Assembly (NCBI RefSeq): GCF_018350175.1
Contig: NC_058368.1
Coordinates: 48,424,001 to 48,488,000, forward strand
Source of the DNA: Felis catus
Taxonomy: Eukaryota
Length of the DNA: 64,000 nucleotides
Reading direction: 5' to 3'
The notes below the pieces were generated by a model. The model had not been told where the DNA came from and did not search any database. It was given only the letters and a program-made list of their open reading frames with translations. Each line of letters opens with the position of its first letter. The stretch's first letter is position 1. A program made the translations under genes and the position numbers. This document shows, piece by piece, positions 38,378-51,557 of the stretch.

Positions 38378-38590
38378 CATTTTTTTAAGGTTTTATTTAT
38401 TTTTGAGAGAGAGACAGAGTGCGAACAGGGGAGGGGCAGAGAGAGAGGGAGACACAGAATTTGAAGCAGGATCCAGGCTCTGAGCTGTCAGCACAGAGCC
38501 CGATGTGGGACTTGAACTCAAGAACAGTGAGCTCGTGACCTGAGCCGAAGTCAGACACTTACCTGACTAACCCACCCATGCACCGCCCCC
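38378..38590 (-). mobile_element. Feliform Can-SINE
   Basis: Reverse-complement SINEC body gagagagggagacacagaat...gctgtcagcacagagcc. Confidence 0.93.
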
Positions 38591-38688
38591 CCAACTTTCT
38601 TTTAAACTTAAAAGACTAGAACTTTTGCCTACCTCCATTCCACGGTCCCCAATTCCATCTACATATCTGACGTTTTCTCTTACACTAA

Positions 38689-38841
38689 CAGAGTTCTCAG
38701 CCAGGAAAACTGTGTCTCCCAGGGGACACCAAGAAATGAATGTCTGAAGACATTTTTGATGATCACAAATGAGGGCAAGGGTGACAGGAAAAGACTACAA
38801 CAAAGACAAAAGATCAGTAGTGCCGAGGTTGAGAAACTCTA
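38689..38841 (+). mobile_element. MER20 (hAT-Charlie), internally deleted
   Basis: cccaggggaca...aatgtctgaagacatttttgatgatcacaa and terminal tagtgccgaggttgagaaactct. acactaa occurs on both flanks. Confidence 0.8.
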
Positions 38842-39499
38842 CACTAAGCTATCATCTCTTTCTTACCTTTTCTATTCTTCTACCTTCCTGTTTTCCCCTT
38901 TTTCCTTTGGATTCTTTTGTTTTCATTTTCTCCTCCAAAAATTCTTCCATATGTGTTAATCATGTAAATGTATCTGTACCGTGCAAACATTAGTATGTGC
39001 ATCCCTGTGGGTGTGGCTTATGTACTGGTATAAATCTTAGTTAGCATGTATATATTCTTGTGACTTCCTAGCACGTAGCACACTTAAAAATTACAGGGAT
39101 GTGTGTGTGTGTGGGGGGGGTGTGGGTGTGGGTGTAGTGAGCATACAGACAAAAATTACTTGAGGAGTTTATGACCTATATATTAGATGTGTGTATATGT
39201 GTGAGTTCATGTGTCTTCTTTTTGTATTTAATATTGGTTAGCTTTCATACCTGTGCTTAAGTGAACAGAAGAATACAGATATGTTTATATTTGTAAAAGT
39301 CAACGGGGAGCTCAGGTTGACTCGGAGAGCTTAAGTCAACTGACGGTCCCAAATATAATAAGGATCTGCCTTTCCAGTAAGGCTTCTCGATATCAGCTAA
39401 AGGGTGGCTACTGCTGGCTAAATCTAATAAGCCTTGGACCTGAATCACCTTCACCACATAAAAAGGTGTAAAGTCATGTATACCTAACAGACATGGGTA

Positions 39500-39700
39500 T
39501 GTGCATTATGGTATATTCATTTAAACCTCACAACATCCCAATGGAGGAAATTATTATTAATCAATTTTACAGATAGGAATTTGAAACCGAGAGGGGTTAA
39601 GAAATGTGCTAATGGCTCCACAGGTGGTAAATGGCAATGTCAAGATAATTCTTAGCAAATCTCTGACAACATAACCCCTGGTCTCAACTATAATACAATA
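39500..39700 (-). mobile_element. MIR fragment
   Basis: tcatttaaacctcacaacatccc...ttttacagataggaatttgaaaccgagaggggttaag. Confidence 0.7.
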
Positions 39701-40554
39701 CTGATTCCCATGACTGATTTTATAATGTATGCCTACAGTAGACCAGGAAAGACTAAAATCTCAGTAATCACCCCCTCTTAAAACATTCTTCTTTTATTTT
39801 GTGCAATTTGAAGACCATATTGTTTCATGAAGTAGAGTCAAAAAGGTGAAGTAAAAGCTTTCATGGACTTCACGAACATATATTAGCAGAATTGCTTCTC
39901 CTTTATTAGTTTTCCTTATAATACCTCTAAGAAAGCATTAACTATACATTACTTGATTATTTATTGGATAAATAAGAAAAAGAAAAAAAATCAGGCACAT
40001 TGATTACTTCTTTGATTCTAATAATAGAACCTTGATTCCCATGACATAAAGCTATTCTGTGTTTTTTGGCTTTAAATGATTCCCGTGACGAAATCCCAAA
40101 TTAATTATTAAATAAATAAGTGAGCTCACATTCAGATGGTTCATTTTCTTCTCAGCATCAGTACTTTCAGATGCAGTAAAATAGCCAACGTTCAATTATC
40201 TGCAGTCTTACAAGGGATCACAGAGTAAGTAATCCCAACTGGCAGATAATCCCAAAAGCATTTATGTTGGGTTTTAAATTCATTATATGATTCCAGCAGA
40301 TTTACCGCCATCATTATATTCTTTTTCTCAGGCTCATATTAAAATTCATTTGTATTTCTTGAGCATAAGCCAAGTGACAGCAGAAGAAAGGATCCCAGAT
40401 ACATGGTGAATGACAAAAGGAAGCTGATCTGCTATTAGCATTTTTTCCCTGTAATCAACACAAAGATAATCAAGAGTTGATCATGAAATTGTATTCCACA
40501 TTTATTAAATGTCTTATCTGATTAATTTTAAAAGATATATTACAACACAATAGC

Positions 40555-40785
40555 AGAGGGGTGAGGGTATAGGTTATAGATGTCAAGAGACTTAGGTTTA
40601 AGTTTGTGCGCTGGCTCTGTCTTAGTTCTGTAACCACAAGCAAGTTGCTTACCTTTCTAAATGTCAGAACATCACTTATAAATGGTACTAATATTTGTAT
40701 CTACTTGTACCATTTGAAGGGAGTTCTGCAGAATAATTGCTGAATGCCCACTTTCGGACACAAAGCATTCAATTAAAGTTAGTTG
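40555..40785 (+). mobile_element. MIR fragment
   Basis: ctgtaaccacaagcaagttgcttacctttctaaatgtcag...aaagcattcaattaaagttag. Confidence 0.55.
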
Positions 40786-41041
40786 GGGTTGTATTTTTTT
40801 TTTTTTTTTTTTTTGTTCTAGCTATTACCTATTTTATTCCAGTGCTAAAACTAGAGATTACTTACATCGGATAGTTTATATCCATCTACCTTCCATAAAA
40901 TGACACGGCCTTTATTATTCAATAAATTACAGTACACACTGTCAGGTCAAATGTTAAAATCTGTTCATCATCTGCTACAGCAGAAAACATTTGGGGATAT
41001 ATTTATATTATAACTAACAAAACTAACTGGAAAAAAATTAG

Positions 41042-41580
41042 AGATGCACAATTTCTTGTTGTAAACCCTCTGAGGCCACATGTTTCAGACTTCAAACCTT
41101 GAGGATCTGGGGAAGGTAAAAAGCACACTGCCAGTAAGGTTGGAGGCGAAGCTGCGTTCACAGACACATGAATATTTGTGCAGTAAAACAAGCATTTACA
41201 CGGTGCTTACATAAAAACTGCAAATATCCACATATCAGTTTAGTCCAGGTTTCAATTTTATTTTATTCTTTTTTTAAATTTTTTTAAATGTTTATTTATT
41301 TTTGAGACAGAGAAAGACAGAACATGGGTGGGGGAGGGGCAGAGAGAGACGGAGACACAGAATCTGAAGCAGGCTCCAGGCTCTGAGCCGTCAGCACAGA
41401 ACCTGATGCGGGGCTCGAACTCACAGACTGTGAGATCATGACCTGAGTTGAAGTCGGATGCCCAACCCGACTGAGCCACCTAGGTGCCCCCAGGTTTCAA
41501 TTTTAAGTGAGTTTTATAAAAGTTAATTTTTTCAGAACTTTTAAGGATTTTAGAATTACTGACAAGAGATTGTGAGACCA
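41042..41580. mobile_element. Non-autonomous DNA transposon (probably a Tigger-type MITE) interrupted by a SINE
   Basis: Terminal inverted match between cacaatttcttgt (41047) and acaagagattgtg (~41562-41574). Family not certain. Confidence 0.45.
41261..41490 (-). mobile_element. Feliform Can-SINE
   Basis: Full length, with perfect TSD caggtttcaatttta. Confidence 0.96.
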
Positions 41581-42615
41581 GAGTAAAATACCAATAATAT
41601 CAATTCTATAGTGTTTCATTAATACTATGCTACCTATCACAAAATTATAAGGGGTAAGATAACTGAAGAATAAAAACAAAAATCCTCTTGGTTTGCATAA
41701 AATGGTCCTGGGTAATTTCTTGTCAATGCAACTCTGAACAGTAATTCAAGCTCAAATAATTGCTCCTTAATTATAATATAGCAGATAAGCTGATTGGTAG
41801 AAAGGTGACATATAGATGGCATTGTCCCTTTCCCCTTGTAGTTCAATTAGGAATTCATTTCTTTAAAAACCATACATCACTGATGAGTGAATTATTAAGT
41901 TCGAGTTTTAAAAAGCTATTAATTTTTTTTTTTGATGCTTTCACCAGGCAATAGATGAGGTAGAATATAAGCAATGATAGGAAAGGGGGCTGATTCTTAG
42001 GGAAAAAACATAACCAACATTGTATCTTCCCACAAAAACACGCAAATACCAGGATATAAATATACCTCGGGATTAAGTAGAAGATGACATTTTGATATAT
42101 ATTTGCAAAAGATTAAAGGAAAGGGTTTTTATACTGTTCCCTGATTTTTATTATGAGTAAAGGAAAACATTATTGACTGTAAATCTGATATATCCAATCA
42201 GAAGAGTTTTAAATCACAAAGAAGTTCAGAAGTTAGTCTGTCTGACAAGGAAAGACTTGCTAAAAATTCTGTCCAACAGAACATCAATCAACCCAAAGTC
42301 GATCACTCAGGCTGTGCTAAATTTTCTAGAGTATCTGACATGAGATGTTCACAGAGGAATGATGGAATATGCATGTAATACAAGTGCTATATAAAGAAAG
42401 ACAATAAAAGTAAGGATTCCGAAGAAGACAATATTGGCAACTCTGAATAAGCTTGGTTATGAGCGATAGTTTCAATTCAATCCAACATTAAGGAGTAATG
42501 AGAATTAACAGGTTTAAAAGGTTCAGTTGTCCAAGTTCATGTATAAGGTAACAATGATAGAAAACAGAGGATGACAGACATATATACTGTTACATTATAA
42601 TAATTAAAAAATACA

Positions 42616-42830
42616 GGGGTGCCTGGGTGGCTCAGTTGGTTGGGCGTCCAACTACGACTCAGGTCATGATCTCACGATTCTTCAGTTCGAGCCCTGCATC
42701 GGGCTCTGTGCTGACAGCTCAGAGCCTGGAGCCTGCTTCAGATTCTGTGTCTCCCTCTCTCTCTGCTCCTCCTCTGCTAATACTCTGTCTCTGCCTCTCA
42801 AAAATGAATAAATATTAAAAAAAAGTTTTT
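42616..42830 (+). mobile_element. Feliform Can-SINE
   Basis: ggggtgcctgggtggctcagttggtt head, (CT)n tract and A tail. Confidence 0.95.
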
Positions 42831-44392
42831 AAAGGCAAAAAAAGAGGAATTTATAAATAAAGCAAGTTAAAGTCAACTTGATAGGTGAATTTTAAATATG
42901 ACTTTCTGCTTGCTATTAGAATAATAAAGTAATATTGAGTAGCTCTACACAGCACATGATCTTGAAAGAGGATGGCATACATTTTCCACCGCTATTTCAA
43001 AACATGCATTAAACTGCAAAACTGTTTCATGAGGAGCATTGTGGGGAAGATTCAAAGTGATGAGATAAAAAATAATCTAGAGAAATATAGATAATTTATA
43101 GCAGATAAAATGTGTGAAGAGAAAGGGGTAAATTTCATTTCTGCTAAGACAGAGCAGTTTGTATAAGGCCAACTCTCCTACTAGGAACAGTAAGAAATAA
43201 ACAAACAAAACCCCAAAAAGTTGGATTAACCTTCAAAAAACACAATTTTAAAACTCTGGAGAGTAAATAAAGCAACCAAGCAATCTGAAGGCCCAAGATC
43301 CAAGAAAGAAAGAAATACAGTGAAAGCAGCTGTTGTCTACACTATCTTTTGATGGATGTATGGCCACACTGTTTGGTACTCACTTAAATATTACAAAATA
43401 TTGTAGGACACTATTCTAAACCACTTAAAACTAAAAGGAGAGAGATACACAATGAAAACAAACTCACCATGTGATTTAGAAATTTTATGGTTCTCAAACA
43501 CAAACTTTCAAATAACTACCAACATACTTAAGAAAATACTAGATACTAGAAAATGTTACTCCAGAATCAGAATCTAACACATATACACAAAAGCCAAATA
43601 TAAATTCTAGGAGGAAAAAAACCACACAATACCTGATACTGAAAACTTGATACCTGTGTTTAACAGCAGAAAAGATACAGCAGAAGAAAGGATTAATGAA
43701 CTGAAACATGGGTGAGAAGTTGTTTGCCAAAATGAAGTCTGGAATGGAAAAGTGTGTAAGGTAGTATGATACTTTAAAAGGGACTAGACATATGGGCTAG
43801 ATCTTACGTGTATGCAACTGGGGGGCCAGAAGGAGCAGAGAGAGAATAGGGAATAGCAAAAAGTAACACTGAAAAACATAACGGCCAAGAATTTTCTAAC
43901 CTGATGATAGACACTGAGTTGTAAATTCAAGAATCTCTATGGATCACAACCCATGTAAGTTCAAGGGAAACTACTCAAAAATAGTGAAAGAATGACCTGC
44001 AAAGAAGTTACTATTTGACTAGAGAATTACTTTTCCCCAAAAATGATGAAAGCCAGAAGACAACAAAAGGGCATCTTTAAATTGTTGAAAGAAAAAAATT
44101 AAATAGCTGACAACTTTGACATCAAGGCAAAATAAACTTGACTTTTTAGACAAAAACTGAGAATTCATAGCCATCAGAACCACACCAAAAGAAATACTAA
44201 AAGAATTCTTCCGGCCTGAGGAAAATAATCTCAGATATAAAAATATGGAAGGAAAACAATAAGGAACAGTAAGAAAAAGGTAAATATGTAGGTAAATCTA
44301 ACTGAATAATGACCATATATCAATAATTGTACCTTGTTGGGTTTTAAATGTAGGACAAAGAAAGAGAGGGATATAGACAATTAAAATGTTCC

Positions 44393-44572
44393 AGGTACTT
44401 GAGTGACTCCGTCAACTAAATGTCTGACTCTTGATTTTGGCTCAGGTTATCATCTCACGGTTTATGAGATGGAGTCCTGCTTTGGGCTCCACACTGCTTG
44501 GGATTCTCTCTCCGCCTCTCCCCGACTCACACTCGCACACATGCACGCTCTCAAAATAAATAAACTTTTAAA
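44393..44572 (+). mobile_element. Older Can-SINE nested in L1
   Basis: ctgactcttgattttggctcagg...aaaataaataaa, with TSD aaaatgt(t/c)cc. Confidence 0.85.
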
Positions 44573-45159
44573 AAAATGTCCCAACATCTTTGCATTGTCT
44601 AGAAACAAGCAAAAGGTCTATGGTAGGCATTAACAAGTCAAAGGGGCAATACAATCTCTAGGAAAAACCATTAAAATCAATAAAACAGTATTTATACTAA
44701 AAAGCTAAAAACTTAATAAAAGTGGAAAATAAACCAAAAAATGTTTCTTGATTAATACAGAGAACAAAGGGAAGGGTAATAAAAAAACATGACAGATCAA
44801 AGAAAGTAGTATCATATATTTAAATGTAAAATATCCTACATTCTGCAATTAAGTAGTGTAGCTTTTTAAGGTTTTTACATATTTTTATAGTTTAGATTTT
44901 TTAACAGCCAAAACGTGGCAAATCTTGAATGTAAGAATATAAAAGATGAAACTAAAAGAATGAAAAGAATTAGGCAAATACTAAGCCAAAAAGGCTGGTA
45001 TAGCTATACGAATACTAGAAAAAAATTGATAGAATAATAACTATGAACTAAGATGGACATTTCATAATGATGAAAAGACTTTTCCAACATGAAAATATAT
45101 AATAATTTTCAATTTTTACACCTAAAAAATAGCCTCAAAAAGCAAACATATAAAGGACT

Positions 45160-45388
45160 GGGGCTTGTGTGGCTTAGTTGGTTCAGTATCTGATTCCTGA
45201 TTTCGGCTCAGGTCATGATCTCCCAGTTCATGAGTTTGAGCCCTGCCTCAGGTCATACACTAATAGTGTGGAGCTAGCTTGAGATTCTCTCTCTCTCTCT
45301 CCCTCTCTGTCTACCCCTCCCCTGCTCTTGCTCTCTCTCTCTCAAAATAAACAAATTTAAAAAAGAAGATAGAAAGAGAATACTTAAA
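45160..45388 (+). mobile_element. Can-SINE nested in L1
   Basis: SINEC body with TSD atataaaggact. Confidence 0.9.
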
Positions 45389-45722
45389 ATATAAAGGACT
45401 AAAATGAGAAATAAACAAATCCATAAAAAAGTGTGGGATTTTAACAAATTTCTCTCAATAACTAGTATGACAAGAAAACAAAAAATGGGTAATATATAAT
45501 ATAGAAGATTAAAAAAGAAAATATAATTAATAAACTTACTTCACTTGACCCTTTTAGAAAAAAAATTGCCTAATATCTCCCAATAAACAGTGTTTTCCAA
45601 ATACGAGCTATTTATCAGAATTTGGACATAACGTGAGTTACAAAGTAAGTCTTAAATCCAAAGACAAAAAAATCCAAAAAAATAACTAGAAAATTCCTCA
45701 ATACTTACAAATCAGGTGGTAC

Positions 45723-45792
45723 AGAAAGGAAGGAAGGAAGGAAGGAAGGAAGGAAGGAAGGAAGGAAGGAAGGAAGGAAAAGAAAGGAAAAA
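45723..45792. repeat. (GGAA)n microsatellite
   Basis: Seen directly. Confidence 0.95.
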
Positions 45793-45863
45793 TCAGGCAG
45801 TTCACCTTGAAGTTAATCTATGGGCTGAAACTACAACAAAAATTAGAAAATATTTTGAATCAT

Positions 45864-45986
45864 GGGGTATCTGGGTGGCTCAGTCAGTCAAGCATACAAC
45901 TCTTGATTTGGGGTCAGGTTACGATCCCAGGGTCATGGGATTGAGCCCCATGTTGGTCTCTGTGCTGAGAGTGGAGCCTGCTTAAG

Positions 45987-46032
<46 letters not shown>

Positions 46033-46098
46033 TCACCCACTCTCATGTTCCCTTTCTCTAAAATATAAATTAATTAATTAATCAATTAATTAATTAAC
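45864..46098 (+). mobile_element. Can-SINE nested in L1, with a long (CT)n tract and (AATT)n tail
   Basis: SINEC head with TSD tttgaatca. Confidence 0.9.
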
Positions 46099-46239
46099 TT
46101 TGAATCAAATAAGAACAAAAATATGGTATGTGAAATTGTGGGATATAGTTAAAGGCATGATTAGATTAAAATTTTGCCATTTTTTGGAAAAAAATCAGTT
46201 GTAGTTTTTAATAAGATTTTTAATGAGAGACTTTTAGTT

Positions 46240-46340
46240 GTTTTTTTTAAAGTAAGTTCATGCCCAATGTGAGGCTTGAACTCATCACCCTGAGATCAAG
46301 TGTCACATGTTCCACCAACCAAGCCAGCCAAAACATCCCC
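46240..46340 (-). mobile_element. Short old Can-SINE
   Basis: tgcccaatgtgaggcttgaactcatcaccctgagatcaag...agccagcca. Confidence 0.75.
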
Positions 46341-47341
46341 AAAATGTTTGCCCTTACAACATACTATCAGAAAAGAAGAAAGGCTGACAATCAATGATCT
46401 AAGTATCTAAAGAAGTCAGACAAAATAAGCAAATTCCAAAATAGGACATAAATAATAAACATAACAGCAAAACCAATTAAACAGAAAGCAAATATACAAC
46501 AGAGAACCTCAACAAAACCCAAAACTTACTTGATAGACTAATAAATTCATAAACTTGTAGCAAAACTGATAAAAAAAAAAGAGAGAAGGCAGTCACTACC
46601 AATATCAGGATTGAAAAAGAGGGATTTAAGCCCACAGACAAAACATAAGAAGAGAATGTTATAAACAGATTAATGCTAACAAATTTTAATATTCTGATAA
46701 AATCATGAAATTGTTTAATAAGTATAATTTACCCAAACGGATACAAGGAAAAAAATGGAAAATCTGAAGGGTCCTGTGTCTATTTCAGAAACTGATTTAA
46801 CCTTCTGACTAAAGAAACTCCAGGCCTGGATTGGCTTCATGAATTAGTTATTTCAAACATATTATTATGGAGTGATTAAGAAATAACGCAAATGAATGAG
46901 CCAACCCCTTAGTTTAGATCCTTTTGCAGGTCAACATTAATCCTTTAAACAAAATGATGTGTACATTGTCTGAAGAATAAAGTTCTTATCTATTCAGTAT
47001 TCTGAATGCTCAAGTTTTTGCAGACAGTTTACAGATTGCCAAGACTCCTCAGTGCCTTACCTGAAGACAGGGTATAATAAGGCAGGCGGGCAATTACTGT
47101 TGACACAACTGGTAGTGGGGAGATAATGAGAATAGACCCAGGAACTTGGACAATGGTCCAAGATAGAATAGGGAATGTGGGTCAGACTCCACTGATGAAA
47201 AAAAGGGGGAGAGATATAAATCTGGGAGTAGCTAGGAAGCCACTGGCCATTACTGGGTATCCCGCTTGGCCAAGATATCCTTGTAAGTGGGTATGAGAGA
47301 GGTAAGTGGAGTGAGGAAAAGAGGGAAGTTACATTTTTCTG

Positions 47342-48150
47342 AAAGAATGGCTAAAATCAAAAGGACAAGAAATACCAGGTGTTGGAAAGGATTTGGAGAA
47401 AAGGAAACTCTTGAGCACTTTTGGTGGGAATGTAAATTGATACAGCCACTGTGGAAAACAGAATGGAGTTTCCTCCAAAAATTAAAAATAGAAATACCAC
47501 ATGATCCAGTAATTCTACTACTGGGTGCTTACCCAAAGAAAACAAAAACACTAATTTCAAAAGATATATGTACTCCTATTTATTGGCATTATTTACAACA
47601 GCCAAGATATGGAAGCAACCCATGTGTCCATCAATAGATGAATGGATAAATAAAATGTGGTGTGGACACACACACACACTAAAATAATATACAGCCATAA
47701 AAAGGATGAGATCTTGCCATTAATGACAATATGGATAGCCCCAGAAGGTATTACGCTAAGTGAAATAAGTCAGACTGAGAAAGACAAATACCATACAATT
47801 TCACTCGTATGTAGAATCTAAGAAAAAAATGAATAAACAAACAAAAAACAGAATGAGACCTGTAAACACAGGGAACAAACTGATGGTGGCCAGAAGAAAG
47901 GGGAGGTAGGGGAATGGGCAAAATGGGTGAAGGAAAGTGGGGTACACAGGCCTCCAATTATGGAATGAGTAAGTCATGGGGATAAAATGGACAGCACAGG
48001 GAATACAGTCAATGGTATTAGAACAGCATTGTACGGTGACAGATGGTAGCTGCAATTGTGGTGAGCACAGCATAATGCATTGAGTTGCTGAATCACTTGT
48101 ACGCCTGAAACTAATGTAACATTGCAGGTCAACTGTACTTAAAAAAAAAA
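47342..48150 (+). mobile_element. 5'-truncated LINE-1 (carnivore-era): ORF2 C-terminus, 3'UTR and A tail
   Basis: Peptide RMAKIKRTRNTRCWKGFGEKETL..WWECKLIQPLWKT..FLQKLKIEIPHDP is the L1 ORF2 Cys-rich end. The 3'UTR ends cctgaaactaatgtaacattg...tact(A)n. Confidence 0.93.
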
Positions 48151-49183
48151 TTTTTTTTTAAATCACTGTCTGATAAATTTTTGAAACGTTCTGGAAACGT
48201 TCACCTGTGGGAACCAAAACAGTCAGAGGCAGAAGAAACGAATGAAACTTCCTAAGAGTAGATACTTTTATTTCCTTCACTGCTATATCCCCAGTACCCA
48301 GAATATTTGCTGAATAAATGAATGAAATGAGGCTGGTGCTGTTATATGTTTCTTTATCCTATTTGCGTATTTCTCTCTTGATTATCTCCTTCACTCATTG
48401 AAATGACCACTGCACCAATCACATTTTCAGGGTCTTAAGCCTAAAGCAAGAATTTTCATTATGTCAAATCTTTGTGTTTGTGCGCCTGTGTGCACACACA
48501 TGTCTAATAACAAATATAAGTTGAATCATATTAAAATGAAAGGTGAAAAACTAATCACATAATTTTACCAAAGAACATTCTAATGGATTCAGCAAGTGAT
48601 CTAAATGAGTGATTTTATTAGCTTTGGCCATTTGATAATAGCCCGCTAAAACAATCTAATCAATGATCAGTTTGACCTGTTTTGCTCTCATCTCTGCTTC
48701 CTTGTTAAGTGAGAACTTCAATAAAGAGAGAAATCGCTTTAGTAGATTCAACCTCTAAAAATAAGCACAAGAGAGAAAAAGCCTATACATGAAATGAGCC
48801 AAGAGAATCATCCGTCACATAGTGAGGAACGACTTCCTAATAAAGCTTTATTAAATACAGTCTGAGATTTCTACCATTGTATTATTAGCCTAATTTTAAA
48901 ACAGATGGCAATTCTCAAATACTCTTTGTCAAATTTTCTTTTGCTTTTGTTTTGATGTGGTTGTTGTGCTCTTACTATTTAGAAACAACCTGCGTCTAAC
49001 ACAGCTTAAAATCAGTGTAAGGCTCTGATCAAAATTATATCATGTAATCAAAGCACTAGGAAATGAGTTACTAAAACCCTACTTGATAATTCTTTCCCTA
49101 TGTCCACATTTGTTTTGAAGATTTTCCTGAACACTGTACAAACCTTTGTTCAGCCTGAACTCCTTAGTGTACTATTTTATTAA

Positions 49184-49186
<3 letters not shown>

Positions 49187-49216
<30 letters not shown>

Positions 49217-49217
49217 T
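49187..49217. repeat. (AAT)n microsatellite
   Basis: Seen directly. Confidence 0.9.
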
Positions 49218-51557
49218 AATATTACACAAACTTGAATGTGTTCTATTTCTGTTCCAAGTAAAAATAAATGAAATGAAAAGATTTAATACACTACTCTCAG
49301 AGGAAAGAAAATGTAGGGTTATGGAGTATCAGTAATGTATTTCAAAATATCTAGAAATAATTCACAGTGAGGATGTATTCAAACTCCTACTATAGTGTTT
49401 AAATCAAGAAGATATTCAGAATTTATAATATGAATAATAAACATATGGCACCCCTCAAAAAAAAGGCATTGAAGCAAATAATTCATTAACAATGCAAATG
49501 AACACAAGTGAACTTGGTTAGAGAAGTCATGTCAGGGAACCAAAGGCTACTACAGCAGAGGAAAAGGCAAGGTTGAAGACTGTTCACAGGGGAGAATTCT
49601 GATGAGGTCAAGTGCAGCCTCCAGAGTCGTGCACTACTTATTAAGGAAGCAGCAGTTCTGAATTTTTATTACTGAGCTTTGCTCACACTGTGATGATATC
49701 AGGTAAGGTATTTATGAATTGCCTGAGTATTTGACCTTGGGGCTATTTCATGGATACTAGATATATTGCTTTTTATGGGGGAAAATAGGCAGTTCTATAA
49801 AGGTAAATCATTCAGATTAACAAAAGAGAAAGGGGGGGGGATATCCCCTGTGAAACATTTCATGTCTGTTCAATAAGTTTAAGCAATTATGCACTATAGT
49901 AAATTAGAACAGATTATAAATCAATTAATCAATCTTCCTAGAAGCAGTATAGTCATGTCAAATAAATGACATGATGCCCTTTTTACAATAAAATTTAGTA
50001 CTGATATATTCAGTTATTTAGGACAATGTAACTGCAGCAATACCAGTCTATTCTGAATTATAATCTGCTCAATAATGGACTTTTGCTTTCTTCAGCACAG
50101 AGCACTGACTTGACGCACAAGTGAAGCGCTTGGGAAGCAGACAGACACTCCCTATTATACCACCCACCAAGTTGGCAAATGGCTACTTTCAGTGAAACCA
50201 TTAACTGACACTAGTTCAAGTCACTGGAACTAAGAAAAGTGGGACAACTGACATCACAATTTCATCATTATATTATTTCCTTTAGTATCAAGTGTTAGTT
50301 CTGAGTTTCCAGTGAAAACTTTAAGTAAGACCTCATAAAAATGTCTTGGATTAAATATTAACTAAAAAAAATTTTAACAACATGGCTCTTTTTCCTTATC
50401 AAGCTGGAAACATCTAAAGCTATCGATAAATATCACATTAGAGTTAGGAATTTCAATGATAAGAGATAAAATAAAAACATTATTAATAATTTGATTATTG
50501 TTTACTGCTGTCTCAAAACTGACCATCTCTGTTTCAACACTTGTTCATCTTAATCTTTTGTAAAATCTTTATCATTTGTAAAAGAATACTTACTTGAAGA
50601 GAATATAGTAATTATTGACAAATGGCCACTAACTACTCAATATTAAATATTAAAAAAATTTTGTGATCAGATTTACTTTTGTAATATTTAATAGGTAAGC
50701 TTGATATGTAAGCAATAATTTAAATACTTTAGTAAATAAATTTATATAAAGCATAATAAAAATAGATACCCATAATTAGCTTCCCTTTCCTAACATAGGC
50801 ATCTATTCCCTTAGGAGTTATAAATAACAGTTTCACGCATCCTACAAATTTTGATATATAGAATTTCCTTTATCATACAGTGTTAATGTTTTTAGTTTCC
50901 ATTATTTCTTGTCTGATTCATGAATTACTTATAAATATGTTAAATTAAAAAATCTGTATTTTTACATTATGACTTCAAATTAAATACAGTAGTCAGAAAA
51001 TGCAGTTTGGTGTGACAGGAACTTTTAGGAACTTGATGAGACTTGTTTTTATTGCATATTTTTGGCGCAGTTTTGAAAATTTTGAATAAATGCTTATTTT
51101 CTAAATTGCTGATCAAAAGATCTATATATGTTTATTACATTTACTTTATTAGTTATGTTACATAAATCATCATTATCTTTACTAGCTCTTTCTTTGACAT
51201 CAAAACAAGTGACAAAGGATACTGAAATCTCCCTGCATATCGGAAAAGGTTTTTCAATTTTTTGTGTTCAATCAATTTTGCTTTACATATTTTCATTTTT
51301 TAGTTGTTTACAAGTTTAGAATTGTTATATCATCCTAATAAAATATGCAGGGAAATTCCCCATCTAATTATATTTTGTGTATTGAAGTCTAAATGGTCTT
51401 AAATAAAATGGATAAATCTCCATTGTAAACCTGTCATGATTCCTTTACTTTCAATATTTGTTTTTATGTTTAAATGGGTTTCTGATAAACCACATATAAC
51501 TGGGCTTTTAAATCCAAACTAACAATCTCCATCTTTTGGCTTTTGTGTTTAGTCTAT

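Larger units (their letters stand above)
43600..46860 (+). mobile_element. Degraded ancient LINE-1 ORF1/ORF2 remnant with nested insertions
   Basis: A-rich. It has ORF1-like gaaagccagaagacaa...catctttaaa, endonuclease-like gctggtatagctata (AGIAI) and ggacatttcataatgatgaaa (GHFIMMK), and aaactccaggcctggattggcttca (PGPDGF-like, frameshifted). Confidence 0.75.

Noticed and set aside
41805..41825. CTCF-like acatatagatggcattg, and a similar reverse match at ~13568-13584
   Set aside because: The 5' half of the core does not match; too weak to call.
47287..47637. 116-aa ORF
   Set aside because: It is the L1 ORF2 C-terminal fragment of a 5'-truncated, frameshifted copy.
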